The notes below the pieces were generated by a model. That model was not told where the DNA came from. It worked only from the letters and a program-made list of their open reading frames with translations, and did no database searches. A stretch of 63,447 bases of DNA, counting the filler, from Choristocarpus tenellus KU-1152 (taxonomy: Eukaryota > Protista > Phaeophyceae), in the NCBI GenBank assembly GCA_964200185.2. It is 11 parts of 11 records of this genome, joined end to end, with 100 filler letters (N's around TTAATTAATTAA, not from the genome) between each part and the next. Parts side by side here need not be neighbours in the genome. Positions count along the whole stretch, not along the records: positions 44,877 to 50,922 come from CAXNAD020009077.1; positions 51,023 to 56,372 come from CAXNAD020011068.1; positions 56,473 to 63,447 come from CAXNAD020006939.1; 8 more parts are not named here. The stretch is one strand, 5' to 3'. This document shows, piece after piece, positions 45,117 through 57,465 of this stretch. How positions within the stretch are numbered: the first letter of the stretch is position 1; the number at the start of each line of letters is the position of its first letter. The position numbers were made by a program, and so were the translations under genes.

Positions 45117-45960
45117 TCACGCAGTATAATCTCCTATTCCAGGTAATCTCCCAACCGCCATTCAAAAAGCTTGAAAAAGAATTTTGCCAGCGCGTGCCAC
45201 CAATGAGATGCCCCTGTAGTTACCGCAATCAGTGTGGTGTTCCTTCTTGTAGAGAATGCTGATGAACGCATCCTTCCGGGCCTGTGGCACAGCTTCCTGG
45301 ATACACGCAGCCAACACAAGCTTACGGAGATGGCGACGTCCTCCTTTAGTCCAACTTTGAAGAGCTCAGCTGGAAGATAGTCGTAACCCATAACCTTCCC
45401 ATTTCCAATTCCCCACAGTGCTTCAGCCATCTCCATAATCGTTGGTGTAGTACCAACCGTCATATATGTGGGTTGTTGATGGAACACTGTAAAGTATCTC
45501 CTCCACCGTTTCTATGATGGATGCTTGCTCTCTTGTACCTGACCAGACTCGTTGCGGATGTGCTGAAAGATATTCTTTCTGATTCTCTCGCCATGAACCC
45601 TTCGAGGTGTTGGCAGAAAGAATCTCGTTCCTCATGTTGAGAAAATGTTTCCATCTTCCTCGTGTAGGGGTCAAGAAATTCCTGAAAGGAAGACGCCTTC
45701 ATCCATTGAAGTGATTGCACGTTCTTCTTCAACGCCTTGTTGAAAATGTCATTTTGGAGGTCTGTGCACAGCTGTTTTCACACCTTTTCCTGTTCCTCCC
45801 AGGCTTCTACAACGTTCGCTTCATCTTGGTCACTTGCACACCACCCTCAAGGTAATACACACCCTCCATCAAGACGGTGGAAGGATACCTCCAACAAATA
45901 TGTTGTGCTGAGATGGTTTATTGTTGACATTAGAAGGTACATTGGGTGTATCTTTGATTG
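45117..45960 (-). mobile_element. Degenerate LINE ORF2 fragment (linker and start of RT)
   Basis: GKVMGYDYLPAELFKVGL and, after a frameshift, DAFISILYKKEHHTDCGNYRGISLVARAGK (cf. KKxDxxxCxNYRGISL). Confidence 0.88.
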
Positions 45961-46528
45961 GCATTCCAATTCTCCTCTGAGGATTTTTCTACATGAACAG
46001 AGCAAGGCATAAGATAAAACGCATAAACGTATAACGGTCAATAAAAATACGCCCTTTTCCAAACCTTTTCGTGTGAGACAGAGAGAGGGACTGGTTTTCC
46101 ACATCGCTAAACGAGATATAGTATTATATATAGAGTAGTTATCGTGCATGCCAACGTGCATATTAATAACTCCAAGTATGTTCCCAACAACAGTTTCTTA
46201 AGGTGGTTCAGTACTGTTACTACTGTTGTGATGTAAAAGATGTTTTAACATTGATCGTTGATCAGATTGATTGCTGGTTAATTGTTGTGGGTTGGTGGTT
46301 GGATTGTTCTGAATCCAAAGATAAGAACTTTTCAAATAGTGTGTTTTGGATTCCTCCTTTTCCCCTGTACTTTATGCCAAGAGAAGACCTGCTCTGATTC
46401 GGGGGATTGGTTTGTACTCATCTTTAGGATTTCGATCCTCCTCTTTTCGCTGTAGACCCAGAGGTCAAGTGCGAGAAAGGCTGAGCAGTCAAGAAGTGCA
46501 GGGTATAATAAGTGGGTAACTCTAATCT

Positions 46529-49413
46529 ATGGAGGGAAGCAATGATCCTTCTTTTAGCACAGCGGTGTCAGACGATCAAAGGGACGGCCCATGGTTTGGC
46601 GACTTGGAGTTGACGGTGGGCACCAACCATGCGCTGGAGAAGGGGGGCACCGATCTGGGTGATGAGGGAGAGGATGGCATACAGTACCATGGTGGAAACA
46701 GTGGGAAATGGTCTGCGATAGCTAACTACGTTAATACTATCGTAGGGGCTGGAATTATCGGGCTGCCGTTCGCCTTCTCCCAGGTGGGCAGACATACTTT
46801 AGAGTGGGAATATCAACCTTCTGCGGACTAAATAGTCCCTTAGTTTCCTTTCCCACTCCACATAAGTAAAAGATGTTTCATGTCCTGCCTATAAATGTCC
46901 GAGGCAACTCTCACCCCATGTACATTGCGACCTCTTTTGACCTCATGCCTCCCCTGTTACGAATGGATGACAAAAGTGCGGCTTATGGTCAGGAATATTC
47001 CTAATGATATTGACAGCATACCTAGTGGACCGCTCAACCATCATGCTTGTGGTATCGGGGGTGCGGGCAAAGCGCCTCAACTACGAGGAGTTGACCGCGG
47101 TCGTTTTCGGGAATACCGGACTTTACATCTTCTGCTTCTTCGCTTTTGTCGGTGTGTTTGGGGCCATGTCAGCGTATCTTGTCATCATTGGGGATACCAT
47201 CCCGGAAATCTTGCTGGCGTCTGGGACGACGACAGGCCCACTTGCTTCCCGAGAAACGGTGATTTTTCTCTTCGCTTTCTTCCTCATCCTGCCCCTTGCC
47301 TCACTGAAGGACTTGCAGAAACTCTCATACGCTTCCTTTTTTAGTGTGCTCGCGGACGCCCTGATCATTGCCATTGTGATTGTTTCAGGGCCTAAAGAGA
47401 GCAGGTGAGAAGACGTTAACTTCTTAGGTCCGGGCAGACTGAGAAGAAGTAGGCTGGTTTGCGTCATGACCCTGATAGCTGATTGGTTGGTATCTGATCT
47501 ACTTGATATTTGTTTGGGTTAAGGTGGTTTAACTTAGACCTACATATTCAATGCCTAGTGACACTCCTCCCAACCCCCTCTCAGTAGAAACGCTTGTTGA
47601 GAAAAATCTCCACACTACTGCAGCAGTACTCGTATGTTCCTTGCACTCCACAGTTATCCACCCCTTCCTCAACATGTCCTTGAGACAGCATCGAACCTAC
47701 CAACTACTTGTCACCCTTGTGATCTTCTCCTCAACCCATGCACTCTGCCGATCCCCCTCCTACTGACCATTCCCCAAGTGAGCAAGAAGGTATTGACCAC
47801 TCCGAGACTTTCGAATTTATACGGCCGAGTGTATTTGCGGGCCTTGGTGCGATATCCTTTGCGTTTGTGAGTCAGAGCTCATCCTTCCTGGTGTACCGGA
47901 GCTTGAAGAATCCAGGGTTGGCGCAGTGGAAAACAATTACAAATATCTCTGTCACTACAGCGTGGACCATGAGTATGTTGCTGGCTTTGGCTGGTTACCT
48001 AAGCTTCGTCAATCTCACTGAGGGTGATATCCTTAACAACTTCTCCACGACTCATCGCAGCGCCAGCGCCGCTAGAGGATTTCTGGCCGTGTCGATGGTG
48101 AGGGAGGGCGTTGGAAGCTATTGTATGGTCTTGTTTTCTTTTTCTGTTGTGCATGTTCGAGTATCCCTTGTATTCTGTGTGGTTACTGCTGTCAACGGTA
48201 AAGCACTTCCTCCTCTGCTCAGCATCAATTTGAACAGTTGACATGCACGGAAAAAAAATCGTCGCATGGGGACATAAATTTCTTAGCAACTTTGCAAAGG
48301 GCGGCGTAGAATAGATAAGACCAGAAGCTTGGAATTCGCTGAGTTGTGTAGGGTAGGCACAGCCTTGTGATGACTTTTTTTTTTGCAAAAAGAAAAAAAA
48401 AGAAAAATCTTTGATGGCTTCTTTTGTGCTTTTGTGTAGCCTGCACCGCCAAACTGTTCTCAATTGGTTCCGAATAGAAAGAGATGTGTTGTTTCACTTC
48501 CGAGAATAGATAGTGTCCAATCGGCTGCCTCGAAAATTCCGAATGTACTCGATTCCGTTATTGAAGTGCACACGCAGCGCACAAATTGAGGTGCGTGGAT
48601 CGCCAAGCTTTGCTGTGAGCAAGACGCACTTTCGTGAAAATATAAACAGAACCGATAATTGCCTCTTTAATTTTCGGTTTCGATTGACCGCAATTTATCG
48701 GAACCATATTGATTCGAATTGCTACGGTTCAAAACAGTAGAGATTGCAGTGATTGACAAGAGGGCAGGTTTTGGTAGAGAAGTGAGGAGGGAGGGCGTGA
48801 GAGTCAAACCTAGTAGCAGAACCCGATTTCAAACACTTTTCTAATGTTTTGGTCTGCAGTCACGGCACCTCGGGTTGGAGTTTTTCCATTAGAGCAGCAG
48901 TTTTTGTTGATACCTTACCTCTTTGAATGGGTTCGTTATTCAGTAGGGTTAGGGTTAGGGTTAGGGTTCACACTGTTCCCTTCTGTCAACTTGGTACAAC
49001 CTGCATTGATGTTCTTCTGTTGCTGCTCTCACTCATTGACCAGTCTGATGATGTTTTTGTGCGGTGACTTTGTAGTAGTACTATGTTGATTGTGCTTGTG
49101 GAAACAGCGCCCTGCATCTTTTCTGCCTGAAGTGCCAGGTTCAACTCCACCTGCCACTTCTTTTTTTTTTGAGACCACCCCTCCCTTCTCGCCACCCCCC
49201 ACCCCCGAGGTATTTACGTACCCGATGGAAATGTATGTTGCCAGGCACATGTTGGATTCTGCCATTTTCCAGACTTTTTTGGGCATGGGCCCAATTACAA
49301 ACGCCAGACACTATGGCATCTCTCTGGGGATATGGGGGACTACCGTGCTTCTGGCATCTTTGACTGATGACCTAGGGATATTGCTAGAGATCTTCGGGGC
49401 GTTCTCTGCCAGC
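46529..49413 (+). CDS. Amino-acid transporter, AAAP/SLC38 family (SLC38A11-like), 3' truncated. Exons 46529-46783, 46977-47404, 47779-48097, 49210-49413
   Basis: NYVNTIVGAGIIGLPFAF, GAMSAYLVIIGD, LPLASLKDLQKLSYAS, GLGAISFAFVSQ, GDILNNF, FTYPMEMYVARH. GT-AG introns are phase-consistent (0,2,0). Confidence 0.93.
48944..48968 (+). repeat. Short interstitial telomere-like (TTAGGG)4 tract
   Basis: TAGGGTTAGGGTTAGGGTTAGGGTT in a transporter intron. Confidence 0.8.
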
Positions 49414-52400
49414 GTGAGATATATTTTTTCTAAAAATAATGTTTTTCCAGATCAATGGTGCAATACACATTTCACCTGTCACAATAATACACACACATAA
49501 TACATACATAGCATTTTTATTGCATTTATTTCTCCTGATCATTTTTTCACATCAATCCTCCCCTCTTTTTATGTCTGGGGTAGTCGAACAGGTCGGGTTT
49601 ATAACTCAGGTTCAACTGACTCTTGATACACTGTGTACTATTAAGAAAAAAATCAACCCCTAACCCCTAGCCCCTCCCCACAGTATAACGCAGGCGTATA
49701 TTACGTAAGGGGTCATTTGATGATGAATTAGGAAGGGTACGGAGTCAGTCTGTGGGTATTTGTTCATTGTGATCGTGTCCTTTTCTGTCTTGGGATTGTG
49801 TCCATACCCTTCACACACTGTGCTAACGATTGTACCTTTTTATTGCCTTGTCCAGCAGTTGTGCATGATCTAAGTGTAGGTGTCGGATATTCTGTGAGTG
49901 GAATTCCTTAACCCAAAAGTATCTTAAAACACACACACACACACAAATGTTTTTTTTTATTGTAGGCTACAGCTATTTGTTGTATGATAGCCTGTGACAG
50001 TTTCCTCTCTTAAAAAAAATATTTTGTTCCCAGAGTTTATTTAGAACAAGAGGCGGAGTGTGAGTTGTGACTCACGCAATGAATAGTCGTCCTCAGGTGG
50101 TAGCTCATCAACCAATAACTCCTGATCTATGGCACCTGGCCACACACCATCCCTGCTTGACTAAAGGCCCCCCCAATCACTGAGGGTACTTTTTGGAGGT
50201 GAGGTTGGACAGGAAATCAGATAGGCATTTTCAGTTCCAGCACCACTAAATATCAATGTGCCAATTCATCTCCATCTGGAATATTTCACCTCTTCATGTC
50301 TGATAGTTGACATATGAGAATCTATCAATTCCTATCTGTGCCGATTCATAGCTGTGTAAGAAAAACCTGCGTAATCAGTTTTTTCCCTTTGAAAATATTT
50401 TTGCATCTCATGTTGTGTTGTTGATGTCCCACCAGGTAAATTTCTATTTTGTTTGATGACACTTGTTGGACATAAAGCTGTTTTACCAGATATGTCCGTA
50501 GTTTGATGTATGAGGGTAGGATTTGGTGAAAAAAGGTGAGGATTTTTATGAATGAATCTCAAGGTATGTGCAACTTGGGTGGCCAGTAAGAGTATCCAGT
50601 GTTACTAAAGTAACATATGATCATTAGATAACCCCAGTTGCTATCCTCAACCATCCCTTTGAAGAAAATAGAATCTTGTTTATACGATATTCAGCTATCT
50701 CAGATGCAATGAAGCGTTGGTGGAATCACAAGGGGTGTATTGTATACAATATCCTGAACAATACTATCAGGTGAGTACACACCAGGTTATCACTGGTCCC
50801 AACATAACAACCCTAACTCTATCATTGCCCTTCATGATGCATCCATGAGTGTGCAAAGGTCAACATCTCCTTCCCCCCCCCCCCCCCCCCCCCCCCTCCC
50901 TCCCAATTCATTTCTCCCCTCCNNNNNNNNNNNNNNNNNNNNNNNNNNNNNNNNNNNNNNNNNNNNTTAATTAATTAANNNNNNNNNNNNNNNNNNNNNN
51001 NNNNNNNNNNNNNNNNNNNNNNCAGCCAAGCAGAGAGGGGCGAGAGGTAGAATGAATTCGATTGAATAAAAAGATACCTGTTTAGAATTTAGTTCTCCTT
51101 GCTTTTTCTACGATTTACGGGTGGCCTTATACTTTTGGCGCGCACTGTAATAATAAAATATGTGGGTAGTACCAATATGGTATGACTGTTGTGACAGAAA
51201 TCCATGACGGTATGATGGCAAGATCATATATCATTAGCGATACCAGTTATACCTTGGTGCATGTACGCCAGCATCAGTTATACCCAGTATGAATTATGTT
51301 GTTGTCAGGAGTCTCCAAGTTCGTCTCCCGTATATGAGTGGAATGTACTGTGTTAATTATGCGAAGGTAGTTATATATTTATTTATGTGCACTTGCAAAT
51401 ATTATTCACCATAAACCCCAAACTATCCTTGCCTACAACCAAAGACGTTTTACACTCCTTGTACTGCTCCCCGTTCTAACTAATATCTATTCAATATTTG
51501 AAATATAATCCGGAGTACTTTGTAGTACCGCTATCTACTGCTTACAGTTGTGGTAGCTAAATGTTGTTATTGCTCTACTGCTAATTCCACTCCATCTCTC
51601 TGTTCGTCCCTTTAGCTTCTTGTTCTTTGGGTTCAGTCATCCCACTGTGGGCCCCCTTGGTTCTTGTACTTGACCAGCTTTGGCATTGCTCTTGCCAAGA
51701 AGCATTGGCACATCCATTCCGTCCGGGTTTTTATTAACGTTTTGGTCGTACAGGGACAGATGATCAGATAAATTGATGACATATGTTTGTTCGATGTCTG
51801 ACGCACTGATACTCAAAATATTGTGGAGATATGCTATCATGGAGAAGGAATCAAGTACAACATGCTCAGACCCGTGTTCAAAGGTGAACATAAAATGAAG
51901 AACAGAGAAAAAAACATTTGGCTGAAAGTCAGAAATACGGGCATCTAACAAAAAATGTAAAGACAACACGAAGAAATGGATAGACAAAACAAAATCATAT
52001 ATGCTATGGCAACATAAGAACGGGAGGAAAATATTCCGAGAGGATCAAAAAGACGAAGTCCATAAACTAGGTGCACTAAGCAATCGTGTTCAACATCCAC
52101 CAGCAGCACCATTAATATCAAGGTCCACAACAGGATAGTGATAGTACAGGTGAACAGTATCTAGCACTTGCCACAACATAAGCTTTGGATCCTATATTTT
52201 GTCCTATTAGAAATGGTGTCACTTGCATCGCAAGCTGTGCATTTCTATTTCTATTTTTCAATTTGATGAACTTTGGACGGTTTAGATCATCCTTCCCTAA
52301 AAAAATCTGTGTTGAGATGCGTGTTTGACCTGCAAGGTCAATTAAGAGGACATTTAATGATGATAGAGGGCATAATTATAAATGATGTTGGAATAGGCAC

Positions 52401-53635
52401 CTAATGGATTTCAACATAATATAACAAAATAAATTCAGAAGGAAACACTACCTTATCCAATTAACATCTTTTTTAGGATCTATCGTACACAATATAGTTA
52501 TCTATGACCTTCACCCTAGAGTGAGACTGCATCCCAACCTGTGGTTGGACGCACTATGTACATAGATATTTGCACACCTACTAATATGTAACTTATTTTT
52601 AGACTAAGACTACTTGTAATTGCTGTGTTCATCCCTTGTAATTTGGGTAATTCACATCCATCCCACCCCACAATCCTACCCCTCCTCCAATCTTTTCAAC
52701 TCTTCTGGAAATTGTTTGGCGATGGAGTCTTTTTTGTTATCCTCTTGATTAATATGGGGAGATAGGATAGTACAGGTTTATAGTCTACAGTCCTCAAATT
52801 ATTGATATTTAGATTTTCAATATTTGAAAACAGATTTTTACGGAAGAGATCTGGTGGCTAACGGGTTTCAAACTGCGAAATAACGGCGAGATTCGTCCAA
52901 GAACCGTCTCCATAACCAATTAACTACAAGTACAATCTAAGAAGATGAGTTCTACTGTTGGAAAATATCTTCCAGGGAACAGCCTCCTCTATCGACTGAC
53001 TGATCAACAACGACTCTCGCATCGCATCCATTAGTTCCAACTAAAATAGATTGAGATCTCCTTGATTCTTTCTTCCTTTTCCCTTGATTGGATGAATCTT
53101 GGTTTGAAAATATTTCTTCCGACAAGTACTCGTCCGAAAATTCTATTCCGCAGAAGGTTTGGTGGAAACATCCCTCAAAATTTTTTGACTTATGACCTGC
53201 CCACAGATTCAGTTATTTGAGAATTATTTTGTAGTCATTAGTTGTAGGTAAATAATAAATGGGTGAAGTCACCACTTACAACTTTCAACTCTCTTCCTTT
53301 TCGCTACTCTCCCAGAACCTCTGACAGAACCGACTCGTCTTGAAACGACACGCAAAATACACCACTTTACTCGAACTTGTTCGGTTCTGTTGCAAGTTTA
53401 CCCTTTACCCATTAGACTACTATCGATGAGACGACACGCTGTTTGATTGCTTGGTTTACTCGAGTATTGACATTGTCTACTGCAATTTGAGTCGGTCCTG
53501 GGTCCATCCATGGGCAAGTAGGCTGGGACTTATTGTGTCCCTCCCATGATCTTTGGGAGTTGCGAGAGCAAGTCCTATGTCTGGGCCGCGTTTGAGGTCG
53601 CCAAGAGCGACAGGTCTATGCTGAAAATCAAGGCA

Positions 53636-56065
53636 ATGGCAAGCCCCCACAGTCAACGCAAGGTAAACGTGGCTTGCACGTTGTCGATTTTATCAATACA
53701 ATTGATTCCTCCTCATATGCTCGCTTGGAGGTATTCTCCCTCCAAGATCTACTTTAGAGTAGCTTTGTATCGAGTTCATTCCAGCTATAACGACCAATGT
53801 TCCCCGCGACTCATAGACACGACCAGGGATGGACAAGGGTGGTGAAGTTGGAGGTCTAGCGAGGGACCATGCCGACTTGCAATGGGAGGGTGGAAGTCAT
53901 GAAGGGCTTGCAGAGCCAATGCCGACAAACGAGGACTTGGTAGGGACCAAACAGCAGTCTGGCACCCTATCCCCAGCTTCAAAGCGCTTGCCCAGAGAGA
54001 ATACAGAAGGAAATCAAGGGAGAAAGAGAGCACGAGCTTCTGTTAGGTGGGGTTTCCTTTTCACGATACGCTTTGGAGCATCGATTGTCGTTGAATGTTG
54101 TGTTTCGTTGGGCATGTCCTTGTTGCAGTGTTTCCAGCTCAAGTTTGACCAGTGAACCTCTTTCCGAATTTTTCAGTGGAACAAGGGTGTCCGCCCTCGA
54201 TGTATACCAGGAGATCACTCTCAAAGACCTACAGGCGCAGTACCACAGGCGTCTGGCCGAAGGTGAGCTTGTTATGTACTGTTTTTTGTGGTTCAATCAC
54301 TCGGTCTACACCTATCTAGTGCTTGCTCCTCAACCTGTAAAGCCTGAGGAACTTTTTCAATGATCTGCGGAACGGTTTAGATAAAAGTGTCAAATGACCG
54401 CCAATGCTTTGTCCGTTTACGTTGAGTGTAACGTTGAAATTGTAGACATTGAGAGGCCTATTTTACACTGCCTACGTTTTACCCGAAACCGTGGTGATAG
54501 AGTCAACATATCTGAAACCAAAACAACTGAACACACCAAGGGACTCCTGGCATCTTTGCTGTTCTTTCCACGAATGCTTGATCCTTTGATATGAAGTGGC
54601 CAAGGATATGAATGTGTCGGTGGCCAGGCTCCTGAAGAAGTGCAGAGAGTTTGGAATACTTCGATGGCCATACCGACATGTGAGAGGCAATATGCATCCC
54701 TCCTACGTTTCCCAATGACATTTTGAGTTCCCCCCTACCTATGTAGCACAAATGAAAGGTCCTGTTACCTTGATGATGGATATAGAGCAAAGGGTGGTGC
54801 TCTTACTGTATTTCTTCTACACATTGTTAATATACTGCGGACACATCAATATCCACTTGGGACTTAACCGTGTCCTCTGAGTCCCCATCTCAACATAACT
54901 TCAACCGAGGATCAGGTGCTGCAATTTGCCCATCTTGAGATCAGCTCTTTACCCTGGCCTGTGTGCCTCGATCATTACAGATATATTGTGTTGGCTACCA
55001 AGTGTGGCAAAAAGGATTTACAGAGTTGACCTAATCTCACGTCCAAGGTAGGCACCTCACTTCCCAGGCTCATGATCAGGGACATCTTCTCTTACTCCCC
55101 ATTTTTTCCCCATCACATGCCTAGGTAAGAAGTATCCAAGAGTCAATTGAGCAGCTTGAACAAGAGAGAGAGGAGACATCACATGGCGAGGCAAGTTGTC
55201 CAAGTAACCTTGTCCTCCCCACTATCCTAGAATGTGTCGCATTGAGCAAATTCCTCTTCACACATGATCTGTGCTATGTTCGTTGTGTTGTCACATACAC
55301 GGTGGGATCCGGAAAGCTTGCATAGTTGGGCACAACATTCATTACTGTTTTCTTGTGAAATAGCTATAATGGAGAGACTTCATGAATAACGATAATATAA
55401 CCCCAAGTTTCACCTTCAATCCTTGCAGAAGCTGGATTTTCTAGAGCGTAAGTTGGATCTTCTTCGGAAGAAGGAGGAGCTGGTGGTTCACTTTGCAAGC
55501 TGTGGTGAGCCTTAGTCGCACCTTTTCTTCTTCAATTCTGTACTTGCACTTATGTCTTGTGCATGTTGTGTGCATGGCATCTCCATCTAGCAGACTATGA
55601 GGGGTTGGCTGGGTTGACTGCCAGTTGCATTGAAGCACCCATCCTGCATTGCATTCAGACACCTTTCCTTGGATTAAATTGCTACTATGCCCAACCAGAG
55701 AGAGCTAGTTGTAGTAGAAAGAGTCTTATCGTCTTGGCCTTGTTGGGATGAGTCGGAGGAGCAGTCAGCATGTCCACATCACGGTATCACAGCAATGCAC
55801 ATTTCTCACCTCAACCTACAAAGTAGACACACGAAACAGAATGGGAATGCTTTATGTGGCACATTAATTTGTCCTTGGGAGAAGGCTCCTTGGGAAAGTG
55901 ATTGCTATGCATTAACCTCTCACATTTATTTTTGCCTGACTGATTCACTGTGTTTCAGGCCTGGATGCAGCAATGCGGAAGGCCATTTTTACTGCTGATC
56001 CACAGGAAATAGATAACCTGGTGACGATGGCACAAAACCAAGGATCATCAGCGAGGATATGGTAA
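53636..56065 (+). CDS. RWP-RK domain transcription factor. Exons ~53636-53662, 53817-54046, 54129-54262, 54597-54679, 55125-55190, 55429-55504, 55959-~56065
   Basis: Spliced core ITLKDLQAQYHRRLAEVAKDMNVSVARLLKKCREFGILRWPYRHVRSIQESIEQLEQ is an RWP-RK domain followed by a coiled coil, with an upstream basic NLS-like GRKRAR. Phases are consistent if intron 55191-55428 is GC-AG. The start codon and 3' end are uncertain. Confidence 0.88.
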
Positions 56066-56318
56066 TGCATTAGTGATTTGCATTTGTTTACCTTGCTCTG
56101 CCACTTCTCCTTCACAACTTGCTCTGTACCGTGGCAAGGCCCACAAATTTGGAAAGGTGGTGGGAGGGGAGAAAAGGTCTGCCACCCTGATTCATCAGAG
56201 GGCTGCAATATTGCCATTGCACTTTGATCTGGTTGGACTTGCAGTTGAATGATGGTCTAATCATGGGTACTAGGAGGCTGATAACAAGCAAGATAATCTG
56301 TTTTTGACTCCTCTAGCC

Positions 56319-56364
<46 letters not shown>

Positions 56365-57465
56365 CCCCCCCCNNNNNNNNNNNNNNNNNNNNNNNNNNNN
56401 NNNNNNNNNNNNNNNNTTAATTAATTAANNNNNNNNNNNNNNNNNNNNNNNNNNNNNNNNNNNNNNNNNNNNTCACCTTGCTTTCTAAGCGTGCCAGAAT
56501 TACACGAAAATAACAAACATTAAACCTAAAAATATATACGAAGTACAAGCTTTTCATGTATGTATAGAACGAAACATGTGTTCATTCTTCTTTGTGGACT
56601 TGGTTAGTTTTTGGTGGATGCAACCTATCCCTTTCTTGTACAAGCAACATAACCCTCCAACAGATATTTATAAGTAGTAGAAGAAGACGTATGTATGTAT
56701 GTATGTAGTGTACCATACATATAAGCATACCAAAACCATTACTGGCTCCCCCCCTGGGGGGCCCGTCTGTCCTGGTTCTATTCAGAGTATAAACCATCCT
56801 TCATCAAGGGAACAAGGGTCTTCTCAGACCATCATCAACATCATGAGACCGTGATCAGTACAGCATCCATCAAGGGATCTCTGGGCCACAACATCTAAAG
56901 TTATATTTGAAGTTTATACTAAAATGGTATAGTAATCTGGAGCATAAAGTAGTACAATGTGAGAAACCCTTTTTTAAGAGTACCTAGAAAATATATTTCC
57001 TTCGGCGTAGAACTGGTTGGCCCTGCATTGTTCGTATTAGATGGATATAATTGTGTGTATGCACGTTAGCACACATTTCCTGTCGTCATAACAATGCAGT
57101 CGCTGTTGAATAGTCATGACTATATTGTTACATACATGAAGCATGTGCCTTACAGAGTTCGGTATCTCCCTTGATCTGCCTCTTCTTTGATACTTGATTA
57201 GTGCTGTCTTGCACTCTTCCACACATCAGAACACATGGTGGGTAAGGGGCTTATACTAGGCAATAAAGAGTTCACACCGTGAGAGAAATAAGCAGCATCC
57301 TCAACTAAACAACAGCTGACCAGCTTGAGTGCCTAGTCGAGTAGACTTCCTAGCCCTTTCAACCCTTGCCCTCTATGCACTTCCTGCGCTTTTGCAAAAT
57401 TATGCCTTCTGCTTCCTACACCCATCCTGCTTTTGCCAATCCATGCCATAATTAAGGCATTGCTT

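Noticed and set aside
53636-56065. Calling the RWP-RK gene a MID/sex-determining or NIN orthologue
   Set aside because: Only the shared domain is visible. There is no PB1/GAF domain or linkage evidence, and orthology needs a phylogeny.
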